64,000 bases of DNA, taken from the NCBI RefSeq assembly GCF_009914755.1, contig NC_060948.1, one strand, 5' to 3'. Position 1 is the first letter of the stretch. Each line of letters opens with the position of its first letter. Of this stretch, positions 39,101 to 52,700 are shown piece after piece. The notes beneath the pieces are model-generated. The model saw only the letters and a program-made list of their open reading frames with translations. It had not been told where the DNA came from and did not search any database. Source of the stretch: the human T2T-CHM13v2.0 reference genome, Homo sapiens. The position numbers and the translations under genes are program-made.

Positions 39101-42100
39101 ATTGACTGGAATGGAATGTACATGAATGGAATGTAATCGAATGGAAAGTAATCCAATGGAATAGAATCTAATGCAATAAAATCGACTCAGATAGAGTAGA
39201 ATGTAATGGAATGGAGTGCAGTGCAATGGAATGGAATGGAATGGAATGCAATGGAATGGAATGGAATGGAATGGAATGGAATGGGATGGAATGGTATGGA
39301 ATGGATAGTAATGGACTGGAGTGAAATGGACTGGAAAGGAATGGACTCAAATTGAAAGGGCTCGAAAGGAATGGAGTCAAATGGAATGGTCTGGAATGGA
39401 ATGAACACGAATGTAATGCAATCCAATAGAATGGAATCGAATGGCATGGAATATAAAGAAATGGAATCGAAGAGAATGGAAACAAATGGAATGGAATTGA
39501 ATGGAATGGAATTGAATGGAATGGGAACGAATGGAGTGAAATTGTATGCAGTAGAAGGGAATAGAATGGAATGCAAGCGAAAGGAAAGAATGGATTGGAA
39601 TGGAATGGAATTCATTGGAATGGAAGGGAATGTAGTGTAATGGACAGGCCTGGAATAAAGTGGAATGCTACGGTCTCGAATGGAATAAAAATGTATGGAA
39701 TGGAATGCAATGAAACGGAATCGAATGTCATAGAATGTAATGGAATGCAAAAAAATGGAATCCAAAATCATTGACTGGAAAGGCTGGGTGTCGAAAGGAA
39801 TTGACTGCAATGGAATGGAATCGAATGGAATGGAAGTGAATAGAATCGAACTAAATCGAATGGAATGGAATTGATAGGAACGGAATGGAAAGGAATGCAA
39901 TGATTTGGCATGGAATGGAATCGAATGGCATCGAATGGAATGGAATGGAATGCAATGGAATGGAATGTATTAGAATGTAATGAACATTAATGGAATGTAC
40001 TCGAATGGATTCGACTGGAATGGAATGTTCTGGAAGTGAATGGACTCCAATGGAATGGATTCGAAAGGAATGGAATCGAACGGAATGGATTCTAATGGAA
40101 TGGAATTAAATGGAAATGAATCAAATTGAATAGCACGGAATTGAATTGAATGGAATCGAATGCAATGGAATCTAATGAAACGGAAAGGAAAGAATGGAAT
40201 GGAATAGAATGGGCTGGAATGGAAAGGAATCGAAACGAATGGAATGGAATCGAACTGAAGAGACTGGAATGGAATGCACTGGAATGGAAGGGAGTGTAAT
40301 GGAAGGTTCTCGAAAAAAATGGAATCGAATGGAATGGAATTGAATGGAACGGAATAGAGTCGAATGGAATTGAATGGAATGGAATGGACTAGAGTGAAAT
40401 GGAATCGAACCACAAGGAATGGACTGGAATAGAATGGTCTCGAATTGAATGGAATCGTATGGAATGGCATCAAACGGAATGGAATGGACAGCCACGGAAT
40501 GGAATGCACTCGAATGCAATGGAGTCGAAACTAATGGACTGGAATAGAATGGACTCGACTGGTACGGACTCCAATGGAATGGAATCGAATGGAAGGAAAT
40601 CGAACGGAATGGACTCGAAGGGAAAAGACTGCAATGGAAAGGTCTCGAATGGAATGGAAATTAATGGGATGGAATGGAATCGAATGAAATGGAGTCAAAA
40701 GGAATGGAATCGAATGGCAAGAAATCGAATGTAATGGAATCGCAAGGAATTGATGTGAACGGAACGGAATGGAATGGAATCCAAAGGAATGGAATAGAAT
40801 GGAATGGAATCGAATGGAAAGGACTCGAATGGAAATCACTCGAATAGAATGCAATTTAATAAAATAGGATCAAATGTAATAGAATGGAATGGAAAGGAAT
40901 CGAAACGGAAGGAATGGAGACAGATGGAATGGAATGGAACAGAGAGCAATGGTATAGAATGGAATGGAATCATCTGGAATGGAATTGAATGGAATGGAAT
41001 AATATGAAATGGAATGGAATGGAATGGAATGGAATGCCCTTGAATTAAATGGACTGGACTCGAACAGAGTGGAATGGAAAGTGTTGAGATAGAATGGAAT
41101 GGACTCCTTTGGAATGGTGTAGTATGCAATGCAATCGACTGGCAGGGAATCAAAAGGAATGTAATGGAATGGATTGGACTGGAATGCAATGGACTCGAAT
41201 AGATTGGAAACGGAATGCAAAGGAATGGAATGGAATAGTATGGAATGCAATGGAAGGGAATGGAGTGGAATAGACTAGAGTGGAATGGAATGGACAGGAA
41301 AGCAATGGACTGGAATGGAACTTTCTTGGATGGCTTGGAATCAAACGGAATGGAATGCAATGCAATCAAATGGCATGGAATAAAATAGAATGAAAGAGAA
41401 TCAAATGGAATTGAATCGAATGGAATCGAATGGATTGGAAAGGAATAGAATGGAATGGAATGGAATTGACTCAAATGGAATGGACTAGAATGGAATGGAT
41501 TCGAATGGAAGGCAAAGGAATGGAATCTATTGGAATGGACTGTAATGGAATGCAATGGAAGGGATTGGAATGGACTCGAATGGAATGGACTGCAATAGAA
41601 AGGATTCGAATGGAATGAAAAAGAATTGAATGGAATAGAACAGAATGGAATCAAATCGAATGAAATGGAATGGAATAGAAAGGAATGGAATGAAATGGAA
41701 TGGAAAGGATTCGAATGGAATGCAATCGAATGGAATGGAATCGAACGGAATGGAATAAAATGGAAGAAAACTGGCAAGAAATGGAATCGAAATGAATGGA
41801 GTGTTATGGAACGGACGCAAAAGGAATTGAATGTAATAGAATGGAGTGGAGTGGACTCGAATATAATGGACTGGAATGGAATGAAATCACATGGAATGGG
41901 AACGAATGGAATGGAATGGAAAGGAATGGAATCGAATGGAAAGGAATCGAATGGAAGGGAATGAAATTGAATCAAAACGAATGGAAGGGAATAGAATAGA
42001 CTGTAATGGAATGGACTCGAATAGAATGGACACGAATGCTCAAATTAAATGGACTCGAATGGAATGGAAACGAAAGGAATGTCATCGAATGGAATTGAAT

Positions 42101-45100
42101 CGATTGGAATGAAATCGCATAGCATGGAGTGGAATCAAATGGAATTGAATCGAAAGGAAAGAAGCGAATGGACTGAAATGAAATGGAATGGAATTGAATG
42201 GAAAGTAATGCAATGGAATAGAATGGAACGAAATTTCACGGAATGGAATCAAACTGAATGGAATCAAATCAATGGAATCAAATCAAATGGAATGGAAAGG
42301 AATTGAATGGAGTAGATGGGATTGGATGGGATTGGAATGAAATGTACTGGAAAGGACTCGAATTTCATGAAACGGAATGGAATGAATTGGAACGGAATGG
42401 ACTCGAATGGAATGGAATGTCATGGGATGGCATCAAATGGAATGGCATCAAATGGAATGGAATCGAATGCAATGGAATGCTATGGAATGGAATGGAATGC
42501 ATTGGAATGGAATGTCCTCTAATGGAATGGATTCGAGTGGAATGGAATTGAATATAATGGAGTCGAATGAAATGGAATTGAAAGGAATGGGATCGAATAC
42601 AATGGAATATACTGGAATGTAACGTAATGAACTCGAATGTAATTGACTGGAATGGAATGTACATGAATGGAATGTAATCGAATGGAAAGTAATCCAATGG
42701 AATAGAATCTAATGCAATAAAATCGACTCAGATAGAGTAGAATGTAATGGAATGGAGTGCAGTGCAATGGAATGGAATGCAATGGAATGGAATGGAATGG
42801 AATGGAATGGGATGGAATGGTATGGAATGGATAGTAATGGACTGGAGTGAAATGGACTGGAAAGGAATGGACTCAAATTGAAAGGGCTCGAAAGGAATGG
42901 AGACAAATGGAATGGTCTGGAATGGAATGAACACGAATGTAATGCAATCCAATAGAATGGAGTCGAATGGCATGGAATATAAAGAAATGGAATCGAAGAG
43001 AATGGAAACAAATGGAATGGAATTGAATGGAATGGAATTGAATGGAATGGGAACGAATGGAGTGAAATTGTATGCAGTAGAAGAGAATAGAATGGAATGC
43101 AAGCGAAAGGAAAGGAATGGATTGGAATGGAATGGAATTCATTGGAATGGAAGGGAATGTAGTGTAATGGACAGGCCTGGAATAAAGTGGAATGATACGG
43201 TCTCGAATGGAATAAAAATGTATGGAATGGAATTCAATGAAACGGAATCGAATGTCATAGAATGTAATGGAATGCAAAAAAATGGAATCCAAAATCATTG
43301 ACTGGAAAGGCTGGGTGTCGAAAGGAATTGACTCCAATGGAATGGAATCGAATGGAATGGAAGTGAATAGAATCGAACTAAATCGAATGGAATGGAATTG
43401 ATAGGAACGGAATGGAAAGGAATGCAATGATTTGGCATGGAATGGAATCGAATGGCATCGAATGGAATGGAATGGAATGCAATGGAATGGAATGTATTAG
43501 ACTGTAATGAACTTTAATGGAATGTACTCGAATGGATTCGACTGGAATGGAATGTTCTGGAAGTAAATGGACTCCAATGGAATGGATTCAAAAGGAATGG
43601 AATAGTACGGAATGGAATCTAATGGAATGGAATTAAATGGAAATGAATCAAATTGAATAGCACGGAATTGAATTGAATGGAATGGAATGCAATGGAATCT
43701 AATGAAACGGAAAGGAAAGGAATGGAATGGAATGGAATGGGCTGGAATGGAAAGGAATCGAAACGAATGGAATGGAATCGAACTGAAGAGACTGGAATGG
43801 AATGCACTAGAATGGAAGGGAGTGTAATGGAAGGTTCTCGAAAAAAATGGAATCGAAAGGAATGCAATTGAATGGAACGGAATAGAGTCGAATGCAATTG
43901 AATGGAATGGAATGGACTAGAGTGAAATGGAATCGAACCACAAGGAATGGACAGGAATAGAATGGTCTCGAATTGAATGGAATCGTATGGAATGGCATCA
44001 AACGGAATGGAATGGACAGCCACGGAATGGAATGCACTCGAATGCAATGGAGTCGAAACTAATGGACTGGAATAGAATGGACTCGACTGGTACGGACTCC
44101 AATGGAATGGAATCGAATGGAAGGGAATCGAACGGAATGGACTCGAAGGGAAAAGACTGCAATGGAAAGGTCTCGAATGGAATGGAAATTAATGGAATGG
44201 AATGGAATCGAATGAAATGGAGGCAAAAGGAATGGAATCGAATGGCAAGATATCGAATGTAATGGAATCGCCAGGAATTGATGTGAACGGAACGGAATGG
44301 AATGGAATCCAAAGGAATGGAATAGAATGGAATGTAATCGAATGCAAAGGACTCGAATGCAAATCACTCGAATAGAATGCAATTTAATAAAATAGGATCA
44401 AATGTAATGGAATGGAATGGAAAGGAATCGAAACGAAAGGAATGGAGACAGATGGAATGGAATGGAACAGAGAGCAATGGTATAGAATGGAATGGAATCA
44501 TCTAGAATGTAATTGAATGGAATGGAATAATATGAAATGGAATGGAATGGAATGGAATGCCCTTGAATTAAATGGACTGGAATGGAATGGACTCGAACAG
44601 AGTGGAATGGAAAGTGTTGAGATAGAATGGAATGGACTCCTTTGGAATGGTGTAGTATGCAATGCTATCGACTGGCAGGGAATCAAAAGGAATGTAATCG
44701 AATGGATTGGACTGGAATGCAATGGACTCGAATAGATTGGAAACGGAATGCAAAGGAATGGAATGGAATAGTATGGAATGGAATGGAAAGGAATGGAGTG
44801 GAATAGACGAGAGTGGAATAGAATGGACTCGAAAGCAATGGACTGGAATGGAACTTTCTTGAATGGACTGGAACCAAACGGAATGGAATGCAATGCAATC
44901 AAATGGCATGGAATAAGATAGAATGAAAGAGAATCAAATGGAATTGAATCGAATGGAATCGAATGGATTGGAAAGGAATAGAATGGAATGGAATGGAATT
45001 GACTCAAATGGAATGGACTAGAATGGAATGGATTCGAATGGAAGGCAAAGGAATGGAATCTATTGGAATGGACTGTAATGGAATGCAATGGAAGGGATTG

Positions 45101-46711
45101 GAATGGACTCGAATGGAATGGACTGCAATAGAAAGGATTCGAATGGAATGAAAAAGAATTGAATGGAATAGAACAGAATGGAATCAAATCGAATGAAATG
45201 GAATGGAATAGAAAGGAATGGAATGAAATGGAATGGAAAGGATTCGAATGGAATGCAATCGAATGGAATGGAATCGAACGGAATGGAATAAAATGGAAGA
45301 AAACTGGCAAGAAATAGAATCGAAATGAATGGAGTGTTATGGAAAGGACTCAAAAGGAATTGAATGTAATAGAATGGAGTGGAGTGGACTCGAATATATT
45401 GGACTGGAATGGAATGAAATCACATGGAAAGGGAACGAATGGAATGGAATGGAAAGGAATGGAATTGAATGGAAAGGAATCGAACGGAAGGGAATGAAAT
45501 CGAATCAACAGGAATGGAAGGGAATAGAATAGACGGTAATGGAATGGACTCGAATAGAATGGACACGAATGCTCAAATTGAATGGACTCGAATGAAATGG
45601 ATACGAAAGGAATGTCATCGAATGGAATTGAATCGATTGGAATGAAATCGCATAGAATGGAGTGGAATCAAATGGAATTGAATCGAAAGGAAAGGAAGCG
45701 AATGGACTGAAATGAAATGGAATGGAATTGAATGGAAAGTAATGCAATGGAATAGAATGGAACGAAATTTCACGGTATGGAATCAAACTGAATGGAATCA
45801 AATCAATGGAATCAAATCAAATGGAATGGAAAGGAATTGAATGGAGTAGATGGGATTGGATGGGATTGGAATGAAATGTACTGGAAAGGACTCGAATTTC
45901 ATGAAACGGAATGGAATGAATTGGAACGGAATGGACACGAATGGAATGGAATGTCATGGAATGGCATCAAATGGAATGGCATCAAATGGAATGGAATCGA
46001 ATGCAATGGAATGCTATGGAATGGAATGGAATGCATTGGAATGGAATGTCCTCTAATGGAATGGATTCGAGTGGAATGGAGTCGAATATAATGGAGTCGA
46101 ATTAAATGGAATTGAAAGGAATGGGACCGAATACAATGGAATATACTGGAATGTAATGTAATGAACTCGAATGTAATTGACTGGAATGGAATGTACATGA
46201 ATGGAATGTAATCGAATGGAAAGTAATCCAATGGAATAGAATCTAATGCAATAAAATCGACTCAAATAGAGAAGAATGTAATGGAATGGAGTGCAGTGCA
46301 ATGGAATGGAATGGAATGGAATGCAATTGAATGGAATGGAATGGAATGGGATGGAATGGGATGGAATGGATAGTAATGGACTGGAGTGAAATGGACTGGA
46401 AAGGAATGGACTCAATTGGAAAGGGCTCGAAAGGAATGGAGACAAATGGAATGGTCTGGAATGGAATGAACACGAATTTAATGCAATCCAATAGAATGGA
46501 GTCGAATGGCATGGAATATAAAGAAATGGAATCGAAGAGAATGGAAACAAATGGAATGGAATTGAATGGAATGGAATTGAATGGAATGGGAACGAATGGA
46601 GTGAAATTGTATGCAGTAGAAGAGAATAGAATGGAATGCAAGCGAAAGGAAAGGAATGGATTGGAATGGAATGGAATTCATTGGAATGGAAGGGAATGTA
46701 GTGTAATGGAC
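36123..46711 (+). repeat. Three shorter, more diverged monomers (3,523; 3,527; 3,539 bp)
   Basis: AGGCCT at 36123, 39646, 43173, 46712; several 1-, 5-, 10- and 15-bp deletions. Confidence 0.88.
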
Positions 46712-49700
46712 AGGCCTGGAATAAAGTGGAATGCTACGGTCTCGAATGGAATAAAAATGTATGGAATGGAATGCAATGAAACGGAATCGAATGTCATAGA
46801 ATGTAATGGAATGCAAAAAAATGGAATCCAAAATCATTGACTGGAAAGGCTGGGTGTCGAAAGGAATTGACTCCAATGGAATGGAATCGAATGGAATGGA
46901 AGTGAATAGAATCGAACTAAATCGAATGGAATGGAATTGATAGGAACGGAATGGAAAGGAATGCAATGATTTGGCATGGAATGGAATCGAATGGCATCGA
47001 ATGGAATGGAATGGAATGCAATGGAATGGAATGTATTAGAATGTAATGAACTTGAATGGAATGTACTCGAATGGATTCGACTGGAATGGAATGTTCTGGA
47101 AGTGAATGGACTCCAATGGAATGGATTCAAAAGGAATGGAATCGTACGGAATGGAATCTAATGGAATGGAATTAAATGGAAATGAATCAAATTGAATAGC
47201 ACGGAATTGAATTGAATGGAATCGAATGCAATGGAATCTAATGAAACGGAAAGGAAAGGAATGCAATGGAATGGAATGGGATGGAATGGAAAGGAATCGA
47301 AACGAATGGAATGGAATCGAACTGAAGAGACTGGAATGGAATGCACTGGAATGGAAGGGAGTGTAATGGAAGGTTCTCGAAAAAAATGGAATCGAATGGA
47401 ATGGAATTGAATGGAACGGAATAGAGTCGAATGGAATTGAATGGAATGGAATGGACTAGAGTGAAATGGAATCGAACCACAAGGAATGGACAGGAATAGA
47501 ATGGTCTCGAATTGAATGGAATCGTATGGAATGGCATCAAACGGAATGGAATGGACAGCCACGGAATGGAATGCACTCGAATGCAATGGAGTCGAAACTA
47601 ATGGACTGGAATAGAATGGACTCGACTGGTACGGACTCCAATGGAATGGAATCGAATGGAAGGGAATCGAACGGAATGGACTCGAAGGGAAAAGACTGCA
47701 ATGGAAAGGTCTCGAATGGAATGGAAATTAATGGAATGGAATGGAATCGAATGAAATGGAGTCAAAAGGAATGGAATCGAATGGCAAGAAATCGAATGTA
47801 ATGGAATCGCAAGGAATTGATGTGAACGGAACGGAATGGAATGGAATCCAAAGGAATGGAATGGAATGGAATGGAATCGAATGGAAAGGACTCGAATGGA
47901 AATCACTCGAATAGAATGCAATTTAATAAAATAGGATCAAATGTAATGGAATGGAATGGAAAGGAATCGAAACGAAAGGAATGGAGACAGATGGAATGGA
48001 ATGGGACAGAGAGCAATGGTATAGAATGGAATGGAATCATCTGGAATGGAATTGAATGGAATGGAATAATATGAAATGGAATGGAATGGAATGGAATGGA
48101 ATGGAATGCCCTTGAATTAAATGGACTGGACTCGAACAGAGTGGAATGGAAAGTGTTGAGATAGAATGGAATGGACTCGTTTGGAATGGTCTAGTATGCA
48201 ATGCAATCGACTGGCAGGGAATCAAAAGGAATGTAATGGAATGGATTGGACTGGAATGCAATGGACTCGAATAGATTGGAAACGGAAAGCAAAGGAATGG
48301 AATGGAATAGTATGGAATGGAATGGAAAGGAATGGAGTGGAATAGACTAGAGTGGAATGGAATGGACTGGAAAGCAATGGACTGGAATGGAACTTTCTTG
48401 AATGGACTGGAATCAAACGGAATGGAATGCAATGCAATCAAATGGCATGGAATAAAATAGAATGAAAGAGAATCAAATGGAATTGAATCGAATGGAATCG
48501 AATGGATTGGAAAGGAATAGAATGGAATGGAATGGAATTGACTCAAATGGAATGGACTAGAATGGAATGGATTCGAATGGAAGGCAAAGGAATGGAATCT
48601 ATTGGAATGGACTGTAATGGAATGGAATGGAAGGGATTGGAATGGACTCGAATGGAATGGACTGCAATAGAAAGGATTCGAATGGAATGAAAAAGAATTG
48701 AATGGAATAGAACAGAATGGAATCAAATCGAATGAAATGGAATGGAATAGAAAGGAATGGAATGAAATGGAATGGAAAGGATTCGAATGGAATGCAATCG
48801 AATGGAATGGAATCGAACGGAATGGAATAAAATGGAAGAAAACTGGCAAGAAATGGAATCGAAATGAATGGAGTGTTATGGAACGGACTCAAAAGGAATT
48901 GAATGTAATAGAATGGAGTGGAGTGGACTCGAATATAATGGACTGGAATGGAATGAAATCACATGGAATGGGAACGAATGGAATGGAATGGAAAGGAATG
49001 GAATCGAATGGAAAGGAATCGAATGGAAGGGAATGAAATTGAATCAACAGGAATGGAAGGGAATAGAATAGACGGTAATGGAATGGACTCGAATAGAATG
49101 GACACGAATGCTCAAATTGAATGGACTCGTATGGAATGGAAACGAAAGGAATGTCATCGAATGGAATTGAATCGATTGGAATGAAATCGCATAGAATGGA
49201 GTGGAATCAAATGGAATTGAATCGAAAGGAAAGGAAGCGAATGGACTGAAATGAAATGGAATGGAATTGAATGGAAAGTAATGCAATGGAATAGAATGGA
49301 ACGAAATTTCACGGAATGGAATCAAACTGAATGGAATCAAATCAATGGAATCAAATCAAATGGAATGGAAAGGAATTGAATGGAGTAGATTGGATTGGAT
49401 GGGATTGGAATGAAATGTACTGGAAAGGACTCGAATTTCATGAAACGGAATGGAATGAATTGGAACGGAATGGACTCGAATGGAATGGAATGTCATGGAA
49501 TGGCATCAAATGGAATGGCATCAAATGGAATGGAATCGAATGCAATGGAATGCTATGGAATGGAATGGAATGCATTGGAATGGAATGTCCTCTAATGGAA
49601 TGGATTCGAGTGGAATGGAATCGAATATAATGGAGTCGAATGAAATGGAATTGAAAGGAATGGGATCGAATACAATGGAATATACTGGAATGTAATGTAA

Positions 49701-52700
49701 TGAACTCGAATGTAATTGACTGGAATGGAATGTACATGAATGGAATGTAATCGAATGGAAAGTAATCCAATGGAATAGAATCTAATGCAATAAAATCGAC
49801 TCAGATAGAGTAGAATGTAATGGAATGGAGTGCAGTGCAATGGAATGGAATGGAATGGAATGGAATGGAATGCAATGGAATGGAATGGAATGGAATGGAA
49901 TGGAATGGAATGGAATGGGATGGAATGGTATGGAATGGATAGTAATGGACTGGAATGAAATGGACTGGAAAAGAATGGAATCAAATTGAAAGGGCTCGAA
50001 AGGAAAGGAGTCAAATGGAATGGTCTGGAATGGAATGAACACGAATGTAATGCAATCCAATAGAATGGAATCGAATGGCATGGAATATAAAGAAATGGAA
50101 TCGAAGAGAATGGAAACAAATGGAATGGAATTGAATGGAATGGAATTGAATGGAATGGGAACGAATGGAGTGAAATTGTATGCAGTAGAAGAGAATAGAA
50201 TGGAATGCAAGCGAAAGGAAAGGAATGGATTGCAATGGAATGGAATTCATTGGAATGGAAGGGAATGTAGTGTAATGGACAGGCCTGCAATAAAGTGGAA
50301 TGCTACGGTCTCGAATGGAATAAAAATGTATGGAATGGAATGCAATGAAACGGAATCGAATGTCATAGAATGTAATGGAATGCAAAAAAATGGAATCCAA
50401 AATCATTGACTGGAAAGGCTGGGTGTCGAAAGGAATTGACTCCAATGGAATGGAATCGAATGGAATGGAAGTGAATAGAATCGAACTAAATCGAATGGAA
50501 TGGAATTGATAGGAACGGAATGGAAAGGAATGCAATGATTTGGCATGGAATGGAATCGAATGGCATCGAATGGAATGGAATGGAATGCAATGGAATGGAA
50601 TGTATTAGAATGTAATGAACATTAATGGAATGTACTCGAATGGATTTGACTGGAATGGAATGTTCCGGAATGGAATGGACTCCAATGGAATGGATTTGAA
50701 AGGAATGGAATCGAACGGAATGGAATCTAATGGAATGGAATTAAATGGAAATGAATCAAATTGAATAGCACGGAATTGAATTGAATGGAATCGAATGCAA
50801 TGGAATCTAATGAAACGGAAAGGAAAGGAATGGAATGGAATGGAATGGGCTGGAATGGAAAGGAATCGAAACGAATGGAATGGAATCGAACTGAAGAGAC
50901 TGGAATGGAATGCACTGGAATGGAAGGGAGTGTAATGGAAGGTTCTCGAAAATAATGGAAGCAAATGGAATGGAATTGAATGGAACGGAATAGAGTCGAA
51001 TGCAATTGAATGGAATGGAATGGACTAGAGTGAAATGGAATCGAACCACAAGGAATGGACAGGAATAGAATGGTCTCGAATTGAATGGAATCGTATGGAA
51101 TGGCATCAAACGGAATGGAATGGACAGCCACGGAATGGAATGCACTCGAATGCAATGGAGTCGAAACTAATGGACTGGAATAGAATGGACTCGACTGGTA
51201 CGGACTCCAATGGAAGGGAATCGAATGGAAGGGAATCGAACGGAATGGACTTGAAGGGAAAAGACTGCAATGGAAAGGTCTCGAATGGAATGGAAATTAA
51301 TGGAATGGAATGGAATCGAATGAAATGGAGTCAAAAGGAATGGAATCGAATTTCAAGAAATCGAATGTAATGGAATCGCAAGGAATTGATGTGAACGGAA
51401 CGGAATGGAATGGAATCCAAAGGAATGGAATAGAATGGAATGGAATCGAATGGAAAGGACTCGAATGGAAATCACTCGAATAGAATGCAATTTAATAAAA
51501 TAGGATCAAATGTAATGGAATGGAATGGAAAGGAATCGAAACGAAAGGAATGGAGACAGATGGAATGGAATGGAACAGAGAGCAATGGTATAGAATGGAA
51601 TGGAATCATCTGGAATGGAATTGAATGGAATGGAATAATATGAAATGGAATGGAATGGAATGGAATGGAATGCCCTTGAATTAAATGGACTGGAATGGAA
51701 TGAACTCGAACAGAGTGGAATGGAAAGTGTTGAGATAGAATGGAATGGACCCTTTTGGAATGGTCTAGTATGCAATGCAATCGACTGGCAGGGAATCAAA
51801 AGGAATGTAATCAAATGGATTAGACTGGAATGCAATGGACTCGAATAGATTGGAAACGGAATGCAAAGGAATGGAATGGAATAGTATGGAATGGAATGGA
51901 AAGGAATGGAGTGGAATAGACTAGAGTGGAATGGAATGGACTGGAAAGCAATGGACTGGAATGGAACTTTCTTGAATGGACTGGAATCAAACGGAATGGA
52001 ATGCAATGCAATCAAATGGCATGGAATAAAATAGAATGAAAGAGAATCAAATGGAATTGAATCGAATGGAATCGAATGGATTGGAAAGGAATAGAATGGA
52101 ATGGAATGGAATTGACTCAAATGGAACGGACTAGAATGGAATGGATTCGAATGGAAGGCAAAGGAATGGAATCTATTGGAATGGACTGTAATGGAATGGA
52201 ATGGAAGGGATTGGAATGGACTCGAATGGAATGGACTGCAATAGAAAGGATTCGAATGGAATGAAAAAGAATTGAATGGAATAGAACAGAATGGAATCAA
52301 ATCGAATGAAATGGAATGGAATAGAAAGGAATGGAATGAAATGGAATGGAAAGGATTCGAATGGAATGCAATCGAATGGAATGGAATAGAACGGAATGGA
52401 ATAAAATGGAAGAAAACTGGCAAGAAATGGAATCGAAATGAATGGAGTGTTATGGAACGGACTCAAAAGGAATTGAATGTAATAGAATGGAGTGGAGTGG
52501 ACTCGAATATAATGAACTGGAATGGAATGAAATCACATGGAATAGGAACGAATGGAATGGAATGGAAAGGAATGGAATCGAATGGAAAGGAATCGAATGG
52601 AAGGGAATGAAATTGAATCAACAGGAATGGAAGGGAATAGAATAGACGGTAATGGAATGGACTCGAATAGAATGGACACTAATGCTCAAATTGAATGGAC

